A stretch of DNA of 64,000 bases, taken from positions 22,506,001 through 22,570,000 of the forward strand of contig OZ059896.1 of the NCBI GenBank assembly GCA_964057225.1. Direction: 5' to 3'. Made by a program: the position numbers and the translations under genes. This document shows, in pieces, positions 1 to 13,100 of the stretch. This DNA is from Auanema rhodensis (lineage: Eukaryota > Animalia > Nematoda). The notes under the pieces were generated by a model. It had not been told where the DNA came from. It worked only from the letters and a program-made list of their open reading frames with translations, and did not search any database. Within the stretch, counting starts at the first letter, position 1, and every line of letters starts with the position of its first letter.

Positions 1-39
1 TTAAGCGTTTCTCAATGTAGTATAATGCATTCGATGCGG

Positions 40-90
40 ATTTTTAAGCTGCGTCGATCTGTGTTATCAGATTTGCGCTAGCTTAAAAAT
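40..90. other. Long imperfect inverted repeat (hairpin/cruciform-capable), present in nearly every monomer
   Basis: ATTTTTAAGCT (40-50) pairs with AGCTTAAAAAT (80-90), GCG (51-53) with CGC (76-78), and ATCTG (57-61) with CAGAT (68-72), leaving loop TGTTAT. Confidence 0.85.
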
Positions 91-98
91 GCACCGAG

Positions 99-129
99 AT
101 ATCAACTGATATAAGTTCACACTTATATC
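99..129. other. Two overlapping dyads in the monomer
   Basis: ATATCA-AC-TGATAT (99-112) overlaps the perfect 9-bp stem GATATAAGT-TCAC-ACTTATATC (108-129). Confidence 0.85.
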
Positions 130-279
130 CTCGATTTTCACCCTGAAGAATTAATTTTTTCGTAGAATAACATTGTCCATCGTCTTTGCCTTAAAAAAAG
201 GAATCTAAAAACATCTACTTTTTGCTAAATTAATTTGAAATTTTTCGAAAAAATTTTTGTCAAAATGTTTTTGGAAGCA

Positions 280-307
280 ATGTTGAGTGTACATGGAAAC
301 TCAACAT
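280..307. other. Perfect 9-bp inverted repeat with a 10-nt spacer in the monomer
   Basis: ATGTTGAGT (280-288), GTACATGGAA, ACTCAACAT (299-307). Confidence 0.85.
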
Positions 308-2106
308 ACACTAATGCATCATTTTTCAAACGATCATAACTAATTTTTGTATTAAGCGTTTCTCAATGTAGTATAGTGCATTCGATGCGGATTTTTAAGC
401 TGCGTCGATCTGTGTTATCAGATTTGCGCTAGCTTAAAAATGCACCGAGATATCAACTGATATAAGTTCACACTTATATCCTCGATTTTCACCCTGAAGA
501 ATTAATTTTTTCGTTGAATAACATTGTCCATCGTCTTTGCTTTGAAAAAAGGAATCTAAAAACATCTACTTTTTGCTAAATTAATTTGAAATTTTTCGAA
601 AAAATTTTTGTCAAAATGTTTTTGGAAACAATGTTGAGTGTACATGGAAACTCAACATACACTAATGCATCATTTTTCAAACGATCATAACTAATTTCTG
701 TATTAAGCGTTTCTCAATGTAGTATAGTGCATTCGATGCGGATTTTTAAGCTGCGTCGATCTGTGTTATCAGATTTGCGCTAGCTTAAAAATGCACCGAG
801 ATATCAACTGATATAAGTTCACACTTATATCCTCGATTTTCACCCTGAAGAATTAATTTTTTCGTTGAATAACATTGTCCATCGTCTTTGCCTTGAAAAA
901 AGGAATCTAAAATCATCTACTTTTTGCTAAATTATTCTGAAATTTTTCGAAAAAATTTTTGTCAAAATGTTTTTGGAAACAATGTTGAGTGTACATGGAA
1001 ACTCAACATACACTAATGCATCATTTTTCAAACGATCATAACTAATTTTTGTATTAAGCGTTTCTCAATGTAGTATAGTGCATTCGATGCGGATTTTTAA
1101 GCTGCGTCGATCTGTGTTATCAGATTTGCGCTAGCTTAAAAATGCACCGTTATATCAACTGATATAAGTTCACACTTATATCCTCGATTTTCACCCTGAA
1201 GAATTGATTTTTTCGTAGAATAACATTGTCCATCGTCTTTGCCTTGAAAAAAGGAATCTAAAAACATCTACTTTTTGCTAAATTATTTTGAAATTTTTCG
1301 AAAACATTTTTGTCAAAATGTTTTTGGAAGCAATGTTGATTGTACATGGAAACTCAACATACACTAATGCATCATTTTTCAAACGATCATAACTAATTTT
1401 TGTATTAAGCGTTTCTCAATGTAGTATAATGCATTCGATGCGGATTTTTAAGCTGCGTCGATCTGTGTTATCAGATTTGCGCTAGCTTAAAAATGCACCG
1501 AGATATCAACTGATATAAGTTCACACTTATATCCTCGATTTTCACCCTGAAGAATTGATTTTTTCGTAGAATAACATTGTCCATCGTCTTTGCCTTAAAA
1601 AAAGGAATCTAAAAACATCTACTTTTTGCTAAATTAATTTGAAATTTTTCGAAAAAATTTTTGTCAAAATGTTTTTGGAAGCAATGTTGAGTGTACATGG
1701 AAACTCAACATACACTAATGCATCATTTTTCAAACGATCATAACTAATTTTTGTATTAAGCGTTTCTCAATGTAGTATAGTGCATTCGATGCGGATTTTT
1801 AAGCTGCGTCGATCTGTGTTATCAGATTTGCGCTAGCTTAAAAATGCACCGAGATATCAACTGATATAAGTTCACACTTATATCCTCGATTTTCACCCTG
1901 AAGAATTAATTTTTTCGTAGAATAACATTGTCCATCGTCTTTGCCTTGAAAAAAAGAATCTAAAAACATCTACTTTTTGCTAAATTATTTTGAAATTTTT
2001 CGAAAAAATTTTTGTCAAAATGTTTTTGGAAGCAATGTTGAGTGTACATGGAAACTCAACATACACTAATGCATCATTTTTCAAACGATCATAACTAATT
2101 TTTGTA

Positions 2107-5100
2107 TTAAGCGTTTCTCAATGTAGTATAGTGCATTCGATGCGGATTGTTAAGCTGCGTCGATCTGTGTTATCAGATTTGCGCTAGCTTAAAAATGCAC
2201 CGAGATATCAACTGATATAAGTTCACACTTATATCCTCGATTTTCACCCTGAAGAATTAATTTTTTCGTTGAATAACATTGTCCATCGTCTTTGCCTTAA
2301 AAAAAGGAATCTAAAAACATCTACTTTTTGCTAAATTAATTTGAAATTTTTCGAAAAAATTTTTGTCAAAATGTTTTTGGAAGCAATGTTGAGTGTACAT
2401 GGAAACTCAACATACACTAATGCATCATTTTTCAAACGATCATAACTAATTTTTGTATTAAGCGTTTCTCAATGTAGTATAATGCATTCGATGCGGATTT
2501 TTAAGCTGCGTCGATCTGTGTTATCAGATTTGCGCTAGCTTAAAAATGCACCGAGATATCAACTGATATAAGTTCACACTTATATCCTCGATTTTCACCC
2601 TGAAGAATTAATTTTTTCGTTGAATAACACTGTCCATCGTCTTTGCCTTGAAAAATGGAATCTAAAAACATCTACTTTTTGCTAAATTATTTTGAAATTT
2701 TTCGAAAAAATTTTTGTCAAAATGTTTTTGGAAGCAATGTTGAGTGTACATGGAAACTCAACATACACTAATGCATCATTTTTCAAACGATCATAACTAA
2801 TTTTTGTATTAAGCGTTTCTCAATGTAGTATAATGCATTCGATGCGGATTTTTAAGCTGCGTCGATCTGTGTTATCAGATTTGCGCTAGCTTAAAAATGC
2901 ACCGAGATATCAACTGATATAAGTTCACACTTATATCCTCGATTTTCACCCTGAAGAATTAATTTTTTCGTTGAATAACACTGTCCATCGTCTTTGCCTT
3001 GAAAAATGGAATCTAAAAACATCTACTTTTTGCTAAATTATTTTGAAATTTTTCGAAAAAATTTTTGTCAAAATGTTTTTGGAAGCAATGTTGAGTGTAC
3101 ATGGAAACTCAACATACACTAATGCATCATTTTTCAAACGATCATAACTAATTTTTGTATTAAGCGTTTCTCAATGTAGTATAGTGCATTCGATGCGGAT
3201 TTTTAAGCTGCGTCGATCTGTGTTATCAGATTTGCGCTAGCTTAAAAATGCACCGAGATATCAACTGATATAAGTTCACACTTATATCCTCGATTTTCAC
3301 CCTGAAGAATTAATTTTTTCGTTGAATAACATTGTCCATCGTCTTTGCCTTAAAAAAAGGAATCTAAAAACATCTACTTTTTGCTAAATTAATTTGAAAT
3401 TTTTCGAAAAAATTTTTGTCAAAATGTTTTTGGAAGCAATGTTGAGTGTACATGGAAACTCAACATACACTAATGCATCATTTTTCAAACGATCATAACT
3501 AATTTTTGTATTAAGCGTTTCTCAATGTAGTATAATGCATTCGATGCGGATTTTTAAGCTGCGTCGATCTGTGTTATCAGATTTGCGCTAGCTTAAAAAT
3601 GCACCGAGATATCAACTGATATAAGTTCACACTTATATCCTCGATTTTCACCCTGAAGAATTAATTTTTTCGTTGAATAACACTGTCCATCGTCTTTGCC
3701 TTGAAAAATGGAATCTAAAAACATCTACTTTTTGCTAAATTATTTTGAAATTTTTCGAAAAAATTTTTGTCAAAATGTTTTTGGAAGCAATGTTGAGTGT
3801 ACATGGAAACTCAACATACACTAATGCATCATTTTTCAAACGATCATAACTAATTTTTGTATTAAGCGTTTTTCAATGTAGTATAGTGCATTCGATGCGG
3901 ATTTTTAAGCTGCGTCGATCTGTGTTATCAGATTTGCGCTAGCTTAAAAATGCACCAAGATATCAACTGATATAAGTTCACACTTATATCCTCGATTTTC
4001 ACCCTAAAGAATTAATTTTTTCGTTGAATAACATTGTCCATCGTCTTTGCCTTGAATAAAGGAATTTAAAAACATCTACTTTTTGCTAAATTATTTCGAA
4101 ATTTTTCGAAAAAATTTTTGTCAAAATGTTTTTGGAAGCAATGTTGAGTGTACATGGAAACTCAACATACACTAATGCATCATTTTTCAAACGATCATAA
4201 CTAATTTTTGTATTAAGCGTTTCTCAATGTAGTATAGTGCATTCGATGCGGATTTTTAAGCTGCGTCGATCTGTGTTATCAGATTTGCGCTAGCTTAAAA
4301 ATGCACCAAGATATCAACTGATAGAAGTTCACACTTATATCCTCGATTTTCACCCTAAAGAATTAATTTTTTCGTTGAATAACATTGTCCATCGTCTTTG
4401 CCTTGAATAAAGGAATCTAAAAACATCTACTTTTTGCTAAATTATTTCGAAATTTTTCGAAAAAATTTTTGTCAAAATGTTTTTGGAAGCAATGTTGAGT
4501 GTACATGGAAACTCAACATACACTAATGCATCATTTTTCAAACGATCATAACTAATTTTTGTATTAAGCGTTTCTCAATGTAGTATAGTGCATTCGATGC
4601 GGATTTTTAAGCTGCGTCGATCTGTGTTATCAGATTTGCGCTAGCTTAAAAATGCACCGAGATATCAACTGATATAAGTTCACACTTATATCCTCGATTT
4701 TCACCCTGAAGAATTAATTTTTTCGTTGAATAACATTGTCCATCGTCTTTGCCTTAAAAAAAGGAATCTAAAAACATCTACTTTTTGCTAAATTAATTTG
4801 AAATTTTTCGAAAAAATTTTTGTCAAAATGTTTTTGGAAGCAATGTTGAGTGTACATGGAAACTCAACATACACTAATGCATCATTTTTCAAACGATCAT
4901 AACTAATTTTTGTATTAAGCGTTTCTCAATGTAGTATAATGCATTCGATGCGGATTTTTAAGCTGCGTCGATCTGTGTTATCAGATTTGCGCTAGCTTAA
5001 AAATGCACCGAGATATCAACTGATATAAGTTCACACTTATATCCTCGATTTTCACCCTGAAGAATTAATTTTTTCGTTGAATAACACTGTCCATCGTCTT

Positions 5101-8100
5101 TGCCTTGAAAAATGGAATCTAAAAACATCTACTTTTCGCTAAATTATTTTGAAATTTTTCGAAAAAATTTTTGTCAAAATGTTTTTGGAAGCAATGTTGA
5201 GTGTACATGGAAACTCAACATACACTAATGCATCATTTTTCAAACGATCATAACTAATTTTTGTATTAAGCGTTTCTCAATGTAGTATAGTGCATTCGAT
5301 GCGGATTTTTAAGCTGCGTCGATCTGTGTTATCAGATTTGCGCTAGCTTAAAAATGCACCAAGATATCAACTGATAGAAGTTCACACTTATATCCTCGAT
5401 TTTCACCCTAAAGAATTAATTTTTTCGTTGAATAACATTGTCCATCGTCTTTGCCTTGAATAAAGGAATCTAAAAACATCTACTTTTTGCTAAATTATTT
5501 CGAAATTTTTCGAAAAAATTTTTGTCAAAATGTTTTTGGAAGCAATGTTGAGTGTACATGGAAACTCAACATACACTAATGCATCATTTTTCAAACGATC
5601 ATAACTAATTTTTGTATTAAGCGTTTCTCAATGTAGTATAGTGCATTCAATGCGGATTTTTAAGCTGCGTCGATCTGTGTTATCAGATTTGCGCTAGCTT
5701 AAAAATGCACCGAGATATCAACTGATATAAGTTCACACTTATATCCTCGATTTTCACCCTAAAGAATTAATTTTTTCGTTGAATAACATTGTCCATCGTC
5801 TTTGCCTTGAATAAAGGAATTTAAAAACATCTACTTTTTGCTAAATTATTTCGAAATTTTTCGAAAAAATTTTTGTCAAAATGTTTTTGGAAGCAATGTT
5901 GAGTGTACATGGAAACTCAACATACACTAATGCATCATTTATCAAACGATCATAACTAATTTTTGTATTAAGCGTTTCTCAATGTAGTATAGTGCATTCG
6001 ATGCGGATTTTTAAGCTGCGTCGATCTCTGTTATCAGATTTGCGCTAGCTTAAAAATGCACCGAGATATCAACTGATATAAGTTCACACTTATATCCTCG
6101 ATTTTCACCCTGAAGGAATAATTTTTTCGTTGAATAACATTGTCCATCGTCTTTGCCTTGAATAAAGGAATTTAAAAACATCTACTTTTTGCTAAATTAT
6201 TTCGAAATTTTTCGAAAAAATTTTTGTCAAAATGTTTTTGGAAGCAATGTTGAGTGTACATGGAAACTCAACATACACTAATGCATCATTTATCAAACGA
6301 TCATAACTAATTTTTGTATTAAGCGTTTCTCAATGTAGTATAGTGCATTCGATGCGGATTTTTAAGCTGCGTCGATCTCTGTTATCAGATTTGCGCTAGC
6401 TTAAAAATGCACCGAGATATCAACTGATATAAGTTCACACTTATATCCTCGATTTTCACCCTGAAGGAATAATTTTTTCGTTGAATAACATTGTCCATCG
6501 TCTTTGCCTTGAAAAAAGGAATCTAAAAACATCTACTTTTTGCTAAATTATTTTGAAATTTTTCGAAAAAATTTTTGTCAAAATGTTTTTGGAAGCAATG
6601 TTGAGTGTACATGGAAACTCAACATACACTAATGCATCATTTTTCAAACGATCATAACTAATTTTTGTATTAAGCGTTTTTCAATGTAGTATAGTGCATT
6701 CGATGCGGATTTTTAAGCTGCGTCGATCTGTGTTATCAGATTTGCGCTAGCTTAAAAATGCACCAAGATATCAACTGATATAAGTTCACACTTATATCCT
6801 CGATTTTCACCCTAAAGAATTAATTTTTTCGTTGAATAACATTGTCCATCGTCTTTGCCTTGAATAAAGGAATTTAAAAACATCTACTTTTTGCTAAATT
6901 ATTTCGAAATTTTTCGAAAAAATTTTTGTCAAAATGTTTTTGGAAGCAATGTTGAGTGTACATGGAAACTCAACATACACTAATGCATCATTTATCAAAC
7001 GATCATAACTAATTTTTGTATTAAGCGTTTCTCAATGTAGTATAGTGCATTCGATGCGGATTTTTAAGCTGCGTCGATCTGTGTTATCAGATTTGCGCTA
7101 GCTTAAAAATGCACCGAGATATCAACTGATATAAGTTCACACTTATATCCTCGATTTTCACCCTGAAGAATTAATTTTTTCGTTGAATAACATTGTCCAT
7201 CGTCTTTGCCTTGAGAAAAGGAATCTAAAAACATCTACTTTTTGCTAAATTATTTTGAAATTTTTCGAAAAAATTTTTGTCAAAATGTTTTTGGAAGCAA
7301 TGTTGAGTGTACATGGAAACTCAACATACACTAATGCATCATTTTTCAAACGATCATAACTAATTTTTTCATTAAGCGTTTCTCAATGTAGTATAGTGCA
7401 TTCGATGCGGATTTTTAAGCTGCGTCGATCTGTGTTATCAGATTTGCGCTAGCTTAAAAATGCACCAAGATATCAACTGATATAAGTTCACACTTATATC
7501 CTCGATTTTCACCCTAAAGAATTAATTTTTTCGTTGAATAACATTGTCCATCGTCTTTGCCTTGAATAAAGGAATTTAAAAACATCTACTTTTTGCTAAA
7601 TTATTTCGAAATTTTTCGAAAAAATTTTTGTCAAAATGTTTTTGGAAGCAATGTTGAGTGTACATGGAAACTCAACATACACTAATGCATCATTTATCAA
7701 ACGATCATAACTAATTTTTGTATTAAGCGTTTCTCAATGTAGTATAGTGCATTCGATGCGGATTTTTAAGCTGCGTCGATCTCTGTTATCAGATTTGCGC
7801 TAGCTTAAAAATGCACCGAGATATCAACTGATATAAGTTCACACTTATATCCTCGATTTTCACCCTGAAGGAATAATTTTTTCGTTGAATAACATTGTCC
7901 ATCGTCTTTGCCTTGAAAAAAGGAATCTAAAAACATCTACTTTTTGCTAAATTATTTTGAAATTTTTCGAAAAAATTTTTGTCAAAATGTTTTTGGAAGC
8001 AATGTTGAGTGTACATGGAAACTCAACATACACTAATGCATCATTTTTCAAACGATCATAACTAATTTTTGTATTAAGCGTTTTTCAATGTAGTATAGTG

Positions 8101-9126
8101 CATTCGATGCGGATTTTTAAGCTGCGTCGATCTGTGTTATCAGATTTGCGCTAGCTTAAAAATGCACCAAGATATCAACTGATATAAGTTCACACTTATA
8201 TCCTCGATTTTCACCCTAAAGAATTAATTTTTTCGTTGAATAACATTGTCCATCGTCTTTGCCTTGAATAAAGGAATCTAAAAACATCTACTTTTTGCTA
8301 AATTATTTCGAAATTTTTCGAAAAAATTTTTGTCAAAATGTTTTTGGAAGCAATGTTGAGTGTACATGGAAACTCAACATACACTAATGCATCATTTTTC
8401 AAACGATCATAACTAATTTTTGTATTAAGCGTTTCTCAATGTAGTATAGTGCATTCGATGCGGATTTTTAAGCTGCGTCGATCTCTGTTATCAGATTTGC
8501 GCTAGCTTAAAAATGCACCGAGATATCAACTGATATAAGTTCACACTTATATCCTCGATTTTCACCCTGAAGGAATAATTTTTTCGTTGAATAACATTGT
8601 CCATCGTCTTTGCCTTGAAAAAAGGAATCTAAAAACATCTACTTTTTGCTAAATTATTTTGAAATTTTTCGAAAAAATTTTTGTCAAAATGTTTTTGGAA
8701 GCAATGTTGAGTGTACATGGAAACTCAACATACACTAATGCATCATTTTTCAAACGATCATAACTAATTTTTGTATTAAGCGTTTTTCAATGTAGTATAG
8801 TGCATTCGATGCGGATTTTTAAGCTGCGTCGATCTGTGTTATCAGATTTGCGCTAGCTTAAAAATGCACCAAGATATCAACTGATATAAGTTCACACTTA
8901 TATCCTCGATTTTCACCCTAAAGAATTAATTTTTTCGTTGAATAACATTGTCCATCGTCTTTGCCTTGAATAAAGGAATCTAAAAACATCTACTTTTTGC
9001 TAAATTATTTCGAAATTTTTCGAAAAAATTTTTGTCAAAATGTTTTTGGAAGCAATGTTGAGTGTACATGGAAACTCAACATACACTAATGCATCATTTT
9101 TCAAACGATCATAACTAATTTTTGTA
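2107..9126. repeat. Variant domain 1 with local 2-mer higher-order repeats
   Basis: Domain-specific alleles: TATAATGC, AACACTGT, CACCAAG, CCCTAAAG, GAATAAAGG, GATCTCTG, GAAGGAAT. Pairs repeat at monomers 7/8, 10/11, 14/15 and at 19/20, 23/24, 25/26 (7723-9126 alternates with a 702-bp period). Confidence 0.8.
3742..3776. other. A/T-tract dyad in the monomer (monomer positions 232-266, shown in monomer 11)
   Basis: ATTTTGA...TTTTTCGAAAAA...TCAAAAT: a 12-bp perfect core palindrome plus an outer 7-bp inverted repeat. Confidence 0.7.
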
Positions 9127-10179
9127 TTAAGCGTTTCTCAATGTAGTATAGTGCATTCGATGCGGATTTTTAAGCTGCGTCGATCTGTGTTATCAGATTT
9201 GCGCTAGCTTAAAAATGCACCGAGATATCAACTGATATAAGTTCACACTTATATCCTCGATTTTCACCCTGAAGAATTAATTTTTTCGTTGAATAACATT
9301 GTCCATCGTCTTTGCCTTAAAAAAAGGAATCTAAAAACATCTACTTTTTGCTAAATTAATTTGAAATTTTTCGAAAAAATTTTTGTCAAAATGTTTTTGG
9401 AAGCAATGTTGAGTGTACATGGAAACTCAACATACACTAATGCATCATTTTTCAAACGATCATAACTAATTTTTGTATTAAGCGTTTCTCAATGTAGTAT
9501 AGTGCATTCGATGCGGATTTTTAAGCTGCGTCGATCTGTGTTATCAGATTTGCGCTAGCTTAAAAATGCACCGAGATATCAACTGATATAAGTTCACACT
9601 TATATCATCGATTTTCACCCTGAAGAATTAATTTTTTCGTTGAATAACATTGTCCATCGTCTTTGCCTTAAAAAAAGGAATCTAAAAACATCTACTTTTT
9701 GCTAAATTATTTTGAAATTTTTCGAAAAAATTTTTGTCAAAATGTTTTTGGAAACAATGTTGAGTGTACATGGAAACTCAACATACACTAATGCATCATT
9801 TTTCAAACGATCATAACTAATTTCTGTATTAAGCGTTTCTCAATGTAGTATAGTGCATTCGATGCGGATTTTTAAGCTGCGTCGATCTGTGTTATCAGAT
9901 TTGCGCTAGCTTGAAAATGCACCGAGATATCAACTGATATAAGTTCACACTTATATCCTCGATTTTCACCCTGAAGAATTAATTTTTTCGTTGAATAACA
10001 TTGTCCATCGTCTTTGCTTTGAAAAAAGGAATCTAAAAACATCTACTTTTTGCTAAATTATTTTGAAATTTTTCGAAAAAATTTTTGTCAAAATGTTTTT
10101 GGAAACAATGTTGAGTGTGCATGGAAACTCAACATACACTAATGCATCATTTTTCAAACGATCATAACTAATTTCTGTA

Positions 10180-13100
10180 TTAAGCGTTTCTCAATGTAGT
10201 ATAGTGCATTCGATGCGGATTTTCAAGCTGCGTCGATCTGTGTTATCAGATTTGCGCTAGCTTGAAAATGCACCGAGATATCAACTGATATAAGTTCACA
10301 CTTATATCCTCGATTTTCACCCTGAAGAATTAATTTTTTCGTTGAATAACATTGTCCATCGTCTTTGCCTTGAGAAAAGGAATCTAAAAACATCTACTTT
10401 TTGCTAAATTATTTTGAAATTTTTCGAAAAAATTTTTGTCAAAATGTTTTTGGAAGCAATGTTGAGTGTACATGGAAACTCAACATACACTAATGCATCA
10501 TTTTTCAAACGATCATAACTAATTTTTTCATTAAGCGTTTCTCAATGTAGTATAGTGCATTCGATGCGGATTTTCAAGCTGCGTCGATCTGTGTTATCAG
10601 ATTTGCGCTAGCTTGAAAATGCACCGAGATATCAACTGATATAAGTTCACACTTATATCCTCGATTTTCACCCTGAAGAATTAATTTTTTCGTTGAATAA
10701 CATTGTCCATCGTCTTTGCCTTGAAAAAAGGAATCTAAAAACATCTACTTTTTGCTGAATTATTTTGAAATTTTTCGAAAAAATTTTTGTCAAAATGTTT
10801 TTGGAAGCAATGTTGAGTGTACATGGAAACTCAACATACACTAATGCATCATTTTTCAAACGATCATAACTAATTTTTTCATTAAGCGTTTCTCAATGTA
10901 GTATAGTGCATTCGATGCGGATTTTTAAGCTGCGTCGATCTGTGTTATCAGATTTGCGCTAGCTTAAAAATGCACCGAGATATCAACTGATATAAGTTCA
11001 CACTTATATCCTCAATTTTCACCCTGAAGAATTAATTTTTTCGTAGAATAACATTGTCCATCGTCTTTGCCTTGAAAAAAGGAATCTAAAAACATCTACT
11101 TTTTGCTAAATTATTTTGAAATTTTTCGAAAAAATTTATGTCAAAATGTTTTTGGAAACAATGTTGAGTATACATGGAAACTCAACATACACTAATGCAT
11201 CATTTTTCAAACGATCATAACTAATTTCTGTATTAAGCGTTTCTCAATGTAGTATAGTGCATTCGATGCGGATTTTTAAGCTGCGTCGATCTGTGTTATC
11301 AGATTTGCGCTAGCTTAAAAATGCACCGAGATATCAACTGATATAAGTTCACACTTATATCCTCGATTTTCACCCTGAAGAATTAATTTTTTCGTTGAAT
11401 AACATTGTCCATCGTCTTTGCCTTGAAAAATGGAATCTACAAACATCTACTTTTTGCTAAATTATTTTGAAATTTTTCGAAAAAATTTTTGTCAAAATGT
11501 TTTTGGAAGCAATGTTGAGTGTACATGGAAACTCAACATACACTAATGCATCATTTTTCAAACGATCATAACTAATTTTTGTATTAAGCGTTTCTCAATG
11601 TAGTATAGTGCATTCGATGCGGATTTTTAAGCTGCGTCGATCTGTGTTATCAGATTTGCGCTAGCTTGAAAATGCACCGAGATATCAACTGATATAAGTT
11701 CACACTTATATCCTCGATTTTCACCCTGAAGAATTAATTTTTTCGTTGAATAACATTGTCCATCGTCTTTGCCTTGAGAAAAGGAATCTAAAAACATCTA
11801 CTTTTTGCTAAATTATTTTGAAATTTTTCGAAAAAATTTTTGTCAAAATGTTTTTGGAAGCAATGTTGAGTGTACATGGAAACTCAACATACACTAATGC
11901 ATCATTTTTCAAACGATCATAACTAATTTTTTCATTAAGCGTTTCTCAATGTAGTATAGTGCATTCGATGCGGATTTTCAAGCTGCGTCGATCTGTGTTA
12001 TCAGATTTGCGCTAGCTTGAAAATGCACCGAGATATCAACTGATATAAGTTCACACTTATATCCTCGATTTTCACCCTGAAGAATTGATTTTTTCGTTGA
12101 ATAACATTGTCCATCGTCTTTGCCTTGAGAAAAGGAATCTAAAAACATCTACTTTTTGCTAAATTATTTTGAAATTTTTCGAAAAAATTTTTGTCAAAAT
12201 GTTTTTGGAAGCAATGTTGAGTGTACATGGAAACTCAACATACACTAATGCATCATTTTTCAAACGATCATAACTAATTTTTTCATTAAGCGTTTCTAAA
12301 TGTAGTATAGTGCATTCGATGCGGATTTTCAAGCTGCGTCGATCTGTGTTATCAGATTTGCGCTAGCTTGAAAATGCACCGAGATATCAACTGATATAAG
12401 TTCACACTTATATCCTCGATTTTCACCCTGAAGAATTAATTTTTTCGTTGAATAACATTGTCCATCGTCTTTGCCTTGAGAAAAGGAATCTAAAAACATC
12501 TACTTTTTGCTAAATTATTTTGAAATTTTTCGAAAAAATTTTTGTCAAAATGTTTTTGGAAGCAATGTTGAGTGTACATGGAAACTCAACATACACTAAT
12601 GCATCATTTTTCAAACGATCATAACTAATTTTTTCATTAAGCGTTTCTCAATGTAGTATAGTGCATTCGATGCGGATTTTCAAGCTGCGTCGATCTGTGT
12701 TATCAGATTTGCGCTAGCTTGAAAATGCACCGAGATATCAACTGATATAAGTTCACACTTATATCCTCGATTTTCACCCTGAAGAATTAATTTTTTCGTT
12801 GAATAACATTGTCCATCGTCTTTGCCTTGAAAAAAGGAATCTAAAAACATCTACTTTTTGCTGAATTATTTTGAAATTTTTCGAAAAAATTTTTGTCAAA
12901 ATGTTTTTGGAAGCAATGTTGAGTGTACATGGAAACTCAACATACACTAATGCATCATTTTTCAAACGATCATAACTAATTTTTTCATTAAGCGTTTCTC
13001 AATGTAGTATAGTGCATTCGATGCGGATTTTTAAGCTGCGTCGATCTGTGTTATCAGATTTGCGCTAGCTTAAAAATGCACCGAGATATCAACTGATATA

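Larger units (their letters stand above)
1..351 (+). repeat. Representative 351-bp monomer (phase set arbitrarily by the window start)
   Basis: About 108 G+C in 351 bp, 12 CpG, many A/T tracts of 4-7 nt. The next copy starts at 352. Confidence 0.97.

Noticed and set aside
40-129. Rho-independent terminators or bacterial promoters
   Set aside because: The stems are AT-rich, have no upstream genes and sit in a eukaryote-type satellite. Matches such as TATAAT are expected by chance.
1-351. 5S rRNA, tRNA, snRNA or spliced-leader tandem gene unit
   Set aside because: No recognisable 5S or tRNA sequence, A/B boxes or cloverleaf. An Rfam/Infernal search would be needed to exclude this formally.
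1-351. Monomer as an ancient dimer of about 175-bp subunits
   Set aside because: I see no alignable similarity between the two halves by eye.
1-351. Assignment to a named satellite such as Drosophila 1.688 (353-359 bp) or a tenebrionid ~360-bp family
   Set aside because: Only length and AT content are similar. I do not recognise diagnostic sequence and cannot run a search.
509-525. CENP-B-box-like TTTCGTTGAATAACATT
   Set aside because: It matches only the TTCG half and lacks the essential CGGG of the canonical box.
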